Notes: generated from the letters alone by a model not told the origin. DNA of 64,000 bases from Somniosus microcephalus (GCA_052327205.1 CM126218.1:67952001-68016000); one strand, 5' to 3'; shown: positions 38,234-50,639, counted from the first letter of the stretch. Made by a program: numbers and translations.

Positions 38234-40511
38234 GGCCCAGAAATTCCAGAACGGGGCTTGCAGCGCGTGCAAGCCCCGTATTTACACTTACCCCGCGCTA
38301 CTGCCGATCAGCTCCAGGGACGCCTGGAATTGGTGTTTCCAGAAGAAGAATCCCGGGCAGCGTATGACGTCACGCCGCCCAGGAGTGCAGCCAGCGCGAA
38401 GTCAGGAGTGTGCAGTGCAAGTGAGACTCGCCCCTTGAGGTCTCAGTTTCACTGGACACGCCCCCATGTTTCTGTCAAGCTGCTAACCATTTTTACATGC
38501 AAAGCAGCAGTTTAAATAGGTTTTTGGAAGTTTTTTGAAGATTTTGGTAACTTTCATAAACTTTTTAAAATGTTTACATTATTTTGAGTAATCTGAAGTA
38601 GTTTTAAAGAGAATTAAAGCAATTTAAAGACTTTTAAAAGCCCTAAAAGAATTTTTTAAATTCCATTTATTTATTTAGCAATGTCGTCGTCATACGTGTC
38701 TTCACACTGTTCCCTTTGGGGAACTGTATGAAGTGGTGGAAGGATTTATGGCCATGATTAACGCTCATTCCGTGACCGTAACCATCTTTGAACCAGCCAT
38801 TAGGGCGGTTAGTCCTATGGCGGGAGGGTTTTACGGGCTCCCACAAGCTATACAAGGAGGGGGGGCCACCCACACCCACGGACGCAAATATCCCACTGGA
38901 TGTCAACCCAGAATTTAGAGCCGGAGCTCCGACTCCACTTGCCGGGACTGTCTGGAGCGGGGTTCGAAACCCTACCCTGATCTGGCCCAGCGGCGGGGAT
39001 CCTACCGCTATGACAAAGGCCCAATCCGATTAGCAACGTGAAATGGCAGCATAGGGCTCCAGTCACGGGGAGGGAAAAGGCGCAGGAAACGTATGGGTGT
39101 CACCTTTTGTGCGGAGTGGGCCTTTCGCGTAGCAGTAAGCATCCCCGCCACTGGGCCAGAAGGAGTAGGGTTTTGAACCCCACTCCAGACAGTCCCGGCA
39201 AGTGGAGTCGGAGCTCCAACTTTAAATTCTGGGTGGACATCCAGCGGGATGCTTGCGTCCGTGGGTGTTGGTGGCCCCCCCCCCTCAGATGGGTTGTGGG
39301 AGCCCGTAAAACCCGCCCGCCATAGGACTAACCACCCTAATGGCTGGTTCAAAGATGGTTACGGTCATGGAATGAGCGTTAATCACGGCCATAAATCCTT
39401 CCACCACTTCATACAGTTCCCCAAAGGGAACAGTGTGAGGATACGTACGATGATGACCTCTTGCGCAATGCACCTCCTTGGACCCTCAGTCGCAGATGCG
39501 AGGGGGCAAGTTGTGCAATTGTTAAATTTTTTATTTTATTGACATGTAAAATGTTGGCCCAGTAATTCCCTTCCAAATGCGCTAGTACGGTCGGGGTACT
39601 TACGCATCTGGCCGGATGAAATGCCGGTTTTCAGCATGCACAGTGCATGTGGGGAAAACCGGCATTTCCTGTCCTCTGAACGAAGGGGTTCAGAGGCAGA
39701 ACGCGTGCGACTGCACAGGCAGCGCGTGCGCAGTATAATTCGCCGCTTTCATTAATGCTTTCAGTGAGGTCCAGTCATTACAACTTACACATGAAAAAAG
39801 CATGGGTACAGTTGCTCCAGAGGCTGCGGAGGAAGATATTTCTTATCGTGGAGCTTCTGAAAGTATGTATGTCTGTATATATTCCTTTGCGTGTTATGTA
39901 TATATTCCTTTACTTATGTGTATGAATGTATTATTTAATTATGACTTTCAGAGAAAGTAACTTATTGGAAAATCATAATTAAAAATATACATTCATACAC
40001 ATTAGTAAAGGAATATAAAACATACATACATATACGTAAAGGAATATATGTGGACATACATACATAACTCATTCTCACATTCCATTCACACAGCCACAAT
40101 TGCTCCTTCTACCTACCCTTCTGAAAACCCGTTTAAAAAAAAAAAAATTAAAGTTTAAAAATTAGTTAAAATTTCTTAAAATAACTTCCCTCCCTTTCCC
40201 AAACCTAAATATTGCATTTCATAAGCTCCTCCATAAAATATATCTCCTTCCCCAGCCAATGAACAACTTTACACTTGCTTTTTTTAAGTGCAAGTTCTAG
40301 GGACTTACCCTCACTGAATCCATCAGTGAAATCTACAAAGTTCACTGCGCAAGCGCTGCCTGTGCAGTCGCACGCGCTGTGAATAGACCTCGGGTCTGGA
40401 AATGCCGGCGTTCCCCGCATGCGCTGTTCCTGCTGAACGCCGGCATTTCCAACGGCCAGATGCGTGAGTAACCCGACCGTACTCATGCTTCTGGCCTGGA
40501 ATTTCTGGCCC
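38234..40511. mobile_element. Compound Harbinger-TIR element or cluster with nested foldbacks
   Basis: Left TIR ggcccagaaattccag (38234), a second TIR at 39556, and right TIR ctggaatttctggccc (40511). It is unclear which left end pairs with the right end. Confidence 0.6.
38683..39457. repeat. Long inverted repeat with ~346 bp arms and an ~80 bp spacer
   Basis: 38683-39029 is the reverse complement of 39112-39457. Many of the mismatches fall at CpG sites. Confidence 0.95.
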
Positions 40512-41354
40512 ATTAGGACATTGAAAACCCCTCACCTGTACACGTTAGTGCTTTCTTTTACCGAATTGCTGAAAGGTTAAATTTTTAGATGGGATGTAGA
40601 GATTTCAAATTGGTTGTTCTTATCTGGAGATTATAGTAATCCTGATCCAAGCAAAACAAACCTTTGCAAAGTTGATATGTTCATCAAAACATCTGAGGTT
40701 TGTACTAAAGATTAATTCACAATACTGGCTCCTGTTGCAAACAAGCCAATTTTAGCTCAACGATTTTGTAGGCTTTCTTGAAAATGCTTACACAGTTCAA
40801 ATATTTAATAAAATTTTAGTAGCTCTCTTATGCTGCTGCTCAAGCTGAGGTGAAGGATATATGTTTTTTCACATGGGCCTAACAGTAGCTGAACTTTACT
40901 TCCAGCAGAGTCAAAGGGTGCCCCTCACAACCCCTCCTCCAGCGCAGGGCTTCTCACTGCCCGTCCCTCTTCTCTTCCCCCTCTGCTCAACATCAAGACT
41001 GTTACTTTGGATGCCTGAATGTGAGCATTCAGCTGGCAGGATAGTGTGGTGAAATACAGGAGCCCAGAGGAGGGGAAAGGGGAGGTTTGATACAAGTGTA
41101 CAAGGTAAGTTTGAGACATTTGTTGTCTTCGTTGGGGAGCGGGTCGGTGAGAAACTGTCATGGTGGCTGTGACAGAATTTATTTTTGCTGGAATCTGATT
41201 TTGGACAAAATTGAAATTGGGGAGCAGGATTTTGCGCCATGCGATTGATGAATAATAGAAGTAAAAAATAATGAATTAGAAAGGAAACAGATTTAGCTTG
41301 CGAGGAAGAAGAAAACTGACAACAGAATTGGTGGCCAGGATGTACTGTACTAAG

Positions 41355-43636
41355 ATTCTAGATTTGGGTAAGGCCGACTTCATCGGGATGAGACCGAGAC
41401 TGTCCACAGTAAACTGGCAAATCTGTTAATGGGTAAAATGACAGATCATCATAAGAACATAAGAAGTAGGAGCAGGAGTAGGCCATACGGCCCCTCGGGT
41501 CTGCTCCGCCATTCAATAGGATCATGGCTGATCCGAATCTAGACTCACGTCCACTTCCCTGCCCTCTCCCCGTAACCCCTAATTCCCTTATCTGCTAGGA
41601 AACTGTCTATCTCCATTCTAAATTTATTTAATGTTGCAGCTTCCACAGTGGGAGGTGTTTAAAAAAAATGTAAGGTGATACAGAGCCAGTTTATGCCCAA
41701 GGGGCAAGAGCCCTACTTGCCCAAACAAAACCAGCCACGGATGACTAAAGAGGTAAGAGACAGCATAAAACTAAAAGAAAAAGCAGACAAAAATGCAAAA
41801 AATAGCACAAATCCTGGCAAATGGGAAAGATACAAAGAACAACAAAGGATCACAAAACAGATAGTAAGAGCTACAAAAAGGGAGTATGAAATGAAATTTG
41901 CAAGAGATATCAAAATCAACACAATGAATTTTTACAATTATATTAGGAAAAAGAGGGCAGTCAGGAGCAATGTGGGCCTCTTAAAAACTGAAAGCGGTGA
42001 TATTGTCACTGATAATAAGGAAATGGCGGACATGTTGCATAATTACTTTGGGTCAGTATTTACAGTAGAGGAAGAGGATAGCATGCCAGAAATCCCAAGG
42101 AAACTAATATTGAATCAGGGACAGGGACACAATAAAATTAATGTAAGAATTATAACAGCAATGAAGAAAATAATGGCACAAAAGAGTGACAAATCCCCAA
42201 CATCAGATGGTTTCCAGGAACTGTTCCTTTAGATTGGAAAATTGCGCATGCCACTCCGCTATTTAAGAATGGCAAGAGAGGGAAACCAGGGAATTATAGA
42301 TCAGTTAGCCTAACATCTGTTGTCGGGAAATTGCTCGAGTCTATAATTAAGGACAGGGTGACTGAACATCTCAAAAATGTTCAGCTGATCAGAGAGAGCC
42401 AGCATGGAGTTGTGAAAGGTAGGTCATGCCTGACAAACCTGATTGAATTTTTTGAGGAAGTGACTAAAGGGGAATGTCTATGGATGTTATTTATATGGAC
42501 TTCCAGAAGGCATTTGATAAAGTCCCACATAAGAGACTGTTAACTAAGGTGGAAGCCCACAGAATTGAGGGCAAATTATTGACCTGGTTAGGAAATTGGC
42601 TGAGCGGCAGGAGACAGAGAGTAGGGATAATGGGTCGGTACTCTAATTGGCAGGATGTGACAAGTGGTGTCCTGCTGGGATCCATTTTGGGGCCTCAACT
42701 ATTCACAGTATTTATTAACGACTTAGATGATGGCATAGAAAGTCATATATCCAAATCTGCCAATGACACAAAGATAGGCGGCAGTGTAGATGGAAGCATA
42801 AAATTACAAAGGGATATCGGCAGATTAAGTGAATGGGCAAAACTGTGGCAAATGGATTTCAATGTCGGCAAATGTGAGGTCATCCACTTTGGACCTGAAA
42901 AGGATAGAACAGGGTACTTTCTAAATGGTGAAAAGCTAAAAACAGTGGAGGCTCAAAGAGACTTGGGGGGGGGGCAGGTACATTGATCATTAAAATGTCA
43001 TCAACAGGTACAGAAAATAATCAAAAGGCTAATATAATGTTGGCCTTTATACCTAGAGGACTAGAATACAAGGGGGTAGAAGTTATACTGCAGCTATACA
43101 AAACCCTGGTTGGACCACACCTCGAGTACTGTGAGCAGTTCTGGATACCATACCTTAGGAAGGATATATTGGCCTTGGAGGGAGTGCAGCGTAGGTTTAC
43201 CAGAATGATACCCGGGCTTCAAGGGTTAAATTATGAGGAAAGATTACACAAATTAGGGTTGTATTCCCTAGAATTTAGAAGGTTAAGGGGTGATCTGATA
43301 GAAGTTTTCAAGCTATTAAGGGGAACAGATAGGAGAGAGAAACTATTTCCGCTGGTTCGGGATTCTAGGGCTAGAGGGTACAGTCCAAAAATTAGAGCCA
43401 GATCTTTCAGCAGTAAAATTAGGAAACACTTCTACACACAATGGATGGTAGAAGTTGGGAACTCTCTTCCGTAAACGGCAATTAATGCTAGATCAATTAT
43501 TAATTTTAAATTGGAAATTGATAGCTTTCTGTTAACCAAAGGTATTAAAGGATATGGTGCAAAGGCGGGTATATGGAATTGGGTTACAGATCAGCCAGGA
43601 GCTCATTGAATGGCAGAACAGGCTCAAGGGGCTAAA
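41355..43636 (+). mobile_element. CR1 LINE, 5'-truncated, ORF2 frameshifted
   Basis: GRSCLTNLIEFFEEV, DFQKAFDKVPH, GSILGPQLF, NDTKIG and RFTRMIPGL, ending in the CR1 3' UTR. A minus-strand CR1 3' piece is nested at about 41450-41648. Confidence 0.92.
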
Positions 43637-44114
43637 TGGCCTCCTCCTGTTCCTATAAATGAAATCGACTATAATGGTGTTTAAAGTAAGTTCAGAACCA
43701 CAGACCAAAAGGTTGCAGGTTTGAGCCCTGCTCTGAGCTACTGGCCAATTGCCTCTTTGAGCTAAAGAGAAATCAACGATCACTCACCCCTCATCACTAT
43801 CCAGTGCAACTGGCTAGATCAGGGGTTCTCAACTGGGAGTCTATGGCGCCCAAGTAGGTTTCAGGGGATCAGCCATAAATGTCCTCCAGGATTTTAAAAA
43901 ATACACAGTCACGCAAAGGTGGAATCGAGCTGAGCAAACTGGCGGCTCTGGCCCAGACAGGGACCTCTGTTTCCCCCCCACCCAAATATCTGAATCCAGG
44001 CCCCCGCTCGCTGAGAGAGAGAGACCGCGGTTGCTGAGCGCAGATCCCTCGGCTCAAGCTCTCCCTCCTCCGCTCTGCTCTTGCTAGGTCCTGCTGTCCG
44101 AACAGTTGCAGTAG

Positions 44115-44392
44115 TCATAGAGTTTTACAGCACAGAAAGAGGCCCTTCGGCCCATCGTGTCTGCGCCGCCCATCCATCCCTGTCCAGTCTAATCCCATTT
44201 TCCAGCATTTGGTCCATAGCCTTGTATGCAATGGCATTTCAAGTGCTCATCCAAATGCTTCTTGAATGTTGTGAGGGTTCCTGCCTCTACCACCCTTTCA
44301 GGCAGTGAGTTCCAGATTCCAACCACCCTCTGGGTGAAAAAGTTCCTCCTCAAATCCCCTCTAAATCTCCTGCCCCTTACCCTGAATCTATG
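44115..44392 (-). mobile_element. CR1 LINE 3' fragment
   Basis: RNFFTQRVVGIWNSLPERVVEAGTLTTFKKHLD followed by the 3' UTR. Confidence 0.88.
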
Positions 44393-44664
44393 TACTACTG
44401 GAAAAGCGCCGCTGGAACCATCTACATGTCCAACTGATCTGACATCTAGACTCGCGACCAAAAGCGGCCGACTACACCCTTAACTTATTCTGCGCAATAT
44501 CGGAAACTCCCGGATAGCCGATAGATTTTAGCAAGATTGTTGATTCACACTGTAGTAAAGTTACAAGGATGCTGACTAACCTCATTCATTCTTCACCTGT
44601 GAGCCTATACCTTGTGCTCTACCAAGGAGGGCATCAAAGGCAGACCCGATTGTGTGCACACTAT

Positions 44665-45653
44665 CACAATAGCAAAATACTGCGGATGCTGGAAACCTGA
44701 AATAACAGAAAATGCTGGAAACACTCAGCAGGTCAGGCAGCATCGTGGAGAGAGAAACCTACTCGGGTCCCCTCCCTCACCTCTTTTTCCGGTACATTGA
44801 TGACTGTATTGGTGCAGTTTCCTGCTCTCGCCCTGAACTAGAAAATTTAATTCACTTTGCTTCCAATTTCCACCCTTCCCATATCTTCACATGATCCATC
44901 TCCGACTCCCCCCGTCCCTTCCTCAACTTCTGTCTCCATTTCTGAGGATAGGCTATTGACAAACATCCACTATAAGCCCACTGGCTCCCACAGCTACCTG
45001 GACTACACTTCCTCCCACTCCGCTTCCTGTAAGGACTCTATTCCATTCTACCAGTTTCTCAGTCTCCGCCGCATCTGTTCTGACGATGCCGCCTTCCAGA
45101 CTAGTGCTTTTGATATGTGTTCCTTTTTCCGCAACCGAGGATTCCCCTCTATTGTAGTTGACATGGCCCTCGACCGTGCCTCTTACACTGTTCCTGCGAA
45201 GCTCAACGTAAGCTCGAGGAACAGCACCTCATCTTTCGATTAGGCACTTTATAGCCTTCTGGACTCAACATCGAGTTCAACAATTTCAGACTATAACCTC
45301 GGCCCTTATTTAAAAAAAATTTTTTTCCCTTTTCTCTCACATGGCAGTTGATGTTTCTGCCATTGCCATTTACACCTCATCTAGAGTCATCTTTTGTTTC
45401 TTAACTTGTTCCATTACCATCTCTTTTTGCCTTGCACCCTTTTGTTTTTTAATCTCTCCTGCCTTCCAGCCTATCACAGACCTTCCCTTTGTTCTTTCCT
45501 CCCTTTCTCTGCCCGTACACTTGCTTAAAACCCGTTACATCTCCAACGTTTTCCAGTTCTGAAGAAGGGTCATCGGCCTGAAACGTTAACTCTGTTTCTC
45601 TCTCCACGATGTTGCCTGACCTGCTGAGTGTTCTTAGCATTTTCTGTTGCTCA
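44665..45653 (+). mobile_element. Penelope-like element with RT fragment, internal deletion and pLTR
   Basis: FFRYIDD and HYKPTGSHSYLDYTSSH...FLSLRRICSDD, a short inverted pLTR end at the 5' side, and TSD CACACTAT at 44657 and 45654. Confidence 0.9.
45553..45594 (+). ncRNA. Minimal hammerhead ribozyme motif
   Basis: ccagtt-CUGAAGA-a-GGGUC(auc)GGCCU-GAAA-CG-UUA-acucug; helix II is retained through G-U pairs. Confidence 0.75.
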
Positions 45654-46721
45654 CACACTATGTTGGCCTCCAGCTAGGATTTCAACCTTCCAGGATTGTT
45701 CTGGAGTCGCCAGGAATAAAACATTAATCTGAACACTGCTGCGAGCAATTTGGGAGAAAAATCATACAGGGCTTAAAAAAATGTTTTTTTCATTTTCATT
45801 GTACACTTTTGTTTATTAGTTACAGAATTATTGGAAATGGGGGAAAAAGGCTGTTTGACAATCAAGCAGAGAACCGAGACCGGCTGGTGTGCCGGGAACA
45901 GTTGGTGAGGGAGTCGGGGGTTGCAGTGGAAAGAGGGAGGCTGGGGTCAGGTGATTGGGGCTCATGGGGAGGGAAAGAGAGAGTGGGATGGGCGTGGGGA
46001 CCAGTATTATCTGCAGTGCCGGGATAGCAGCAGCAGTAACATGGTGAGTGGGAGCGGCGCCGAGAGAATTTTGATAATGAAAAAATACTCGTGTTGTGTT
46101 ATGGGGGTCCTTGGAATTTTTATAACACGGGAGGGGGCCTCTGAAGCAAAAAGGTTGAGAACCCCGATCTAGATGGTTTAGTCGGCAACTGTATGCTATC
46201 ACAAAATCTGCAAAACCAAATTGTTTCACTTAATGTACTTTAGCGAAGGAAACCTTCCGCCCTTACCTGGTCTGGCCTGTATGCGACTCCAGTCCTATAG
46301 AAACATGGTTGACTCTTAACTGCCCTCTGAAGTGACCTAGCAAGATACTCAGTTGCATCAAAACTGCTACGTCGGGTGCACTACCACCTTTCTGAGGGCA
46401 ACGAGGGATGGGCAATTAATGCCACCCTCACCAACGACACCCACATCCTGAGAATGAATTGAAAAATTCTCTGCTTTGTCAGAACATAAAATGATGATTA
46501 ATTCACAAAGTAAACCTTTGCCACTGTACTAGATGTTCTGTACCGAGATTGTAAACATGATTCAGTTTATTTTAAGTTTCATTCTCACATCATTACAGAC
46601 TCGGGGTGTTAATTAACAATGTACTAATTTTCATACGAGATGTCCCCTCCTGTTTGTACTCATCAGTGATCCACGTAATGTTCCTTGTAGATCAGTACCC
46701 GGGTTCTGTGGGGTTCGTTAC

Positions 46722-46911
46722 CTGATGCTGCGTGGGCTCATTTAATGGTAAGGTCAATCTGCGGAGGATTGCAAGACGTTTGTACAGATTGATTAGAGCC
46801 AAGGACTTGTATCTAGAGAATTCAGTGATGAAAGCTCTCTCGCTCCTTCCCTCTCCTTTCAGGAAACCAGGTAGTCTGAATCTTTGAAAAGGACTCCGGT
46901 CATCAGGGATG
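46722..46911 (-). CDS. Putative 190-nt internal coding exon of an unidentified host gene
   Basis: CAG|...CAG|GTAACG boundaries in non-repetitive sequence, reading IPDDRSPFQRFRLPGFLKGEGRSERAFITEFSRYKSLALINLYKRLAILRRLTLPLNEPTQHQ and ending in phase 0. Confidence 0.5.
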
Positions 46912-47695
46912 CTGACAGTTATATATGCCAACACATCATTATTCTGTTACATTGTTAAGGCAACCATTTCAGAGTCATATTCAAATCTCCAGGCAGCTAG
47001 ATTATTCTTGCAGGCATTATAGAGCACCAAATGTATATTCTGAATGAAAAATTAGGATTTAGAAAGTTGTTTAAAAAAAGACCATACTGCTGAGAAATGC
47101 TAGTTGCAGTGTGCCAGAATTCTGGATTCAGAAAGGAATCTAATAGGTCTCATTTTTAGTATAAGACGACAAATTTAACAATCCCCCTACCCCATCCAAA
47201 AAAAAATGTAAAACATATTCTGTTGTAATAGGTGGTCTTTTGCACTTCCATTATGGTGTCTATTATTAATGCACACATCAAAATGTCAACACAAGTTTTG
47301 TTTTTGTCGTTGCGATACTTCACAAAGATTTCAGCATCCCAAGTGATAAAAGGTCAGAATCAGTCGAGACAGTGTCCCACTGCTAATTTTCCCCCCCCTC
47401 CCCAGTCCAACTAAATCAGTCAGAGTTCAGCTCCTGATCACGCTCCAAAGTACGCCTGTGTGCAGACATTAGGTGAGGACAGCAGGAGGCCAGAGTGTGA
47501 TGCCCCTCATGTTGAATAGCTTGCTGACAGCTGAAAAATGACCAGCGCATCAGGGGGTGGTCAGTATGTATGGACCCGTGCTTCACAAGTGTCACCACTT
47601 TAGGGGCATGAGGGGAAAGTGTCTTTGGTTGTGAAGTGGTCACAAAATTTCTACACCTCTTCCGAAGCAGAGAATTTACCCCTTCCCCCTCCTCT

Positions 47696-50375
47696 AAACA
47701 TAGAAACATAGAAGATAGGAGCAGGAGTAGGCCATTCGGCCCTTCGAGCCTGCTGCACCATTCAATGAGATCATGGCTGATCATTCAAATTAAGTACCCT
47801 GTCCCTGCCTTCTCCCCATATCCCTTGATCCCTTTAGCCGTAAGAAATATATCCAACTCCTTCTTGAATATATTTAATGAACGGGCCTCCACCGCCCTCT
47901 GTGGCAGAGAATTCCACAGGTTCACCACTCTCTGGGTGAAGAAATTCCTCCTCATCTCTGTCCTAAATGGCTTACCCCTTATCCTTAGACTATGACCCCT
48001 GGTTCTGGACTCCCCGACCATCGGGAACATCCTTCCAGCATCTAGTCTGTCCAGGCCTGACAGAATTTTATAGGTTTTGATGAGATCCCCTCTCAATCTT
48101 CTAAACTCCAGTGAGTATAAGCCCAATCGACACAATATCTCCTCATAGGTCATTCCTGCCATCCCAGGCATCAGCCTGGTGAATCTTCGCTGCACTCCTT
48201 CCATGGCAAGAACGTCCTTCCTCAGATAAGGCGACCAAAACTGCACACAATACTCAAGGTGCGGTCTCACCAAGGCCCTGTACAACTGTAGCAAGACATC
48301 CTTGTTCCTGTACTCGAACCCTCTTGCTACGAAGGCCAACATACCATTTGCCTTCTTAACAGCCTGCTGCACCTGCATGCTTACCTTCAGCGACTGGTGC
48401 ACAAGAACACCCAGGTCTCTCTGCACTTCCCCTTCTCCCAATCTATTGCCATTCAAATAATAATCTGCCTTCCTGTTTTTGCCACCAAAGTGGATAACCT
48501 CACATTTATCCACATTATAGTGCATTTGCCATGTTTCTGCCCAATCACCTAACCTGTCCAAATCGCACTGGAGTTTCATGACATCCTCCTCGCAGTATAC
48601 CCTCCCACCCAGCTTTGTGTCGTCTGCAAATTTGGCGATATTACATACAATTCCCTCGTCCAGATCATTAATATATATTGTGACCAGCTGGGGTCCTAGG
48701 ACCGATCCTTGCGGTACCCCACTAGTCACTGCCTGCCACTCGGAAAATGACCCGTTTATTCCAACTCTTTGCTTTCTGTCCGCCAACCAGTTCTCTGTCC
48801 AAGTCAATACCTTGCCCCCAATCCCATGTGCCTTAATTTTGCACGCTAATCTCTTAGGCGGGACCTTATCGAAAGCCTTCTGAAAGTCCAAATACACCAC
48901 ATCCACTGGTTCTCCCTTATCTATTTTACCAGTTACATCCTCAAAAAATTCCAGTAGCTTAGTCAAGCATGATTTACCTTTTGTAAATCCATGTTGACTT
49001 TGTCCGATCCTGTCACTGCTTTCCAAGTGCTCTGCTATTACATCTTTTATAATGGACTCTAGCATTTTCCCCACTACCGATGTCAGGCTTACCGGTCTAT
49101 AATTCCCCGCTTTTTCTCTGCCACCTTTTTTGAATAGTGGGGTAACATTAGCTACCCTCCAATCCATGGGTACTATTCCAGAGTCTATCGAGTTCTGGAA
49201 GATGACCAGCAATACATCTACTATTTCTAGGGCCACTTCCTTAAGTACCCTGGGATGTAGATTATCAGGCCCTGGGGATTTATCGGCCTTCAGTCCCATC
49301 AATTTTCCTAACACCATTTCCCTACAAATACTGATTTCTTTCAGTTCCACCCTTTCATCAGACCCTATGTTCCCCGGTATTTCTGGGAGGTTATTTGTGT
49401 CCTCATTTGTGAAGACAGAACCAAAATATGTATTTAGTTGGTCTGCCATTTCCTTGTTCCCCATTATAAATTCCCCCGATTCTGACTGCAAGGGACCTAC
49501 GCTTGACTTCACCAATCTTTTTATCTTCACATATCTATAAAAGCTTTTACAGTCAGTTTTTATGTTCCCTGCAAGCTTACTCTCATTCTATTTTCCCTTT
49601 CTTAATTAATCCCTTTGTCCTCCTTTGTTGAATCCTGAACTGCTCCCAATCCTCAGGATTATTGCTTTTTCTGGCCAATTTGTATGTCCTCTCCTTGGAT
49701 CTTATGCGATCCCTAATTTCCCTTGTTACCCACGGTTGAGTCACCTTTTTTATTTTATTTTTATGCCAAACTGGGATGAACAAATTCTGTAGTTCATCCA
49801 TTCGGTCTTTGAATGTTTGCCATTGCCTATCCACCGTCAACCCTTTGAGTGCCATTCCCCAATCAATCCTACCCAACTCGCTCCTCAGACCATCGTAGTT
49901 TCCTTTATTTAAATTGAGGACCCTTGTTTCCTGAGTCAACTACTTCATTCTCCATCTTAATGAAGAATTCGATCATATTATGATCGCTCCGACCCAAGGG
50001 GCCTCGTACAACAAGATTGCTAATTAATCCTTTCTCGTTACATAATACCCAGTCTAAGATGGCCTGATCACTGGTTGGTTCCTTGACATACTGGTCCAGG
50101 AAACCATCCCGTAAACACTCCAGGAATTCCTCCTCCACAGTATTGTTACTAATTTGGTTAGCCTAATCTATATGTAGATTAAAGTCACCCATGATGACTG
50201 CTGTGCCCTTATTGCACGCGTCTCTAATTTCCCTTTTAATGCCATCCCCAACCTCCGCCTTACTGTTTGGAGGTCTATATACCACTCCCACTAATGTTTT
50301 TTTCCCCTTAGTATTTCTCAATTCTACCCATACAGATTCCACATCATCAGAGCTAATATCCTTCATTACAATCTA
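47696..50375 (-). mobile_element. Relatively young CR1 LINE, 5'-truncated (endonuclease C-terminus and RT)
   Basis: A 581-aa uninterrupted RT ORF (47785-49530) with GVPQGSVLGP and FADDTK, an upstream APE fragment (VYRPP, MGDFN, SDHN), and a (TATGTTTC)n-type tail. Confidence 0.96.
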
Positions 50376-50639
50376 TTGAGACACTGGTGGAAAGGGAAGT
50401 AGAGAGAGCGCGCCGGAGGAAGAGACAAAGGGGAAGGGAAAACAATAAGAGAATTGACCAGACAACGATAGGCAAGTAGAGGGAGGGAAGGACCAAGAAA
50501 TATATCCTAATGTCAGGAATTCCACAGGCAAACAGGGTTACAAGTAAAAATCTTCAGCAAAGATTCATGATGGCTACACAGAGAGCTCTAGCTGGTTTAG
50601 CAACCAGGCATTGTGGCTCTGTGGAACGCCGATGGGCAG

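Larger units (their letters stand above)
43820..46166. mobile_element. hAT-type non-autonomous element with nested retroelements
   Basis: TIRs CAGGGGTTCTCAAC / GTTGAGAACCCCG and an imperfect 8-bp TSD (GGCTAGAT / ATCTAGAT). Confidence 0.6.

Noticed and set aside
38667-39542. Mirror-image ORFs on the palindrome arms
   Set aside because: Short, without recognisable domains, and their mirroring follows trivially from the inverted repeat.
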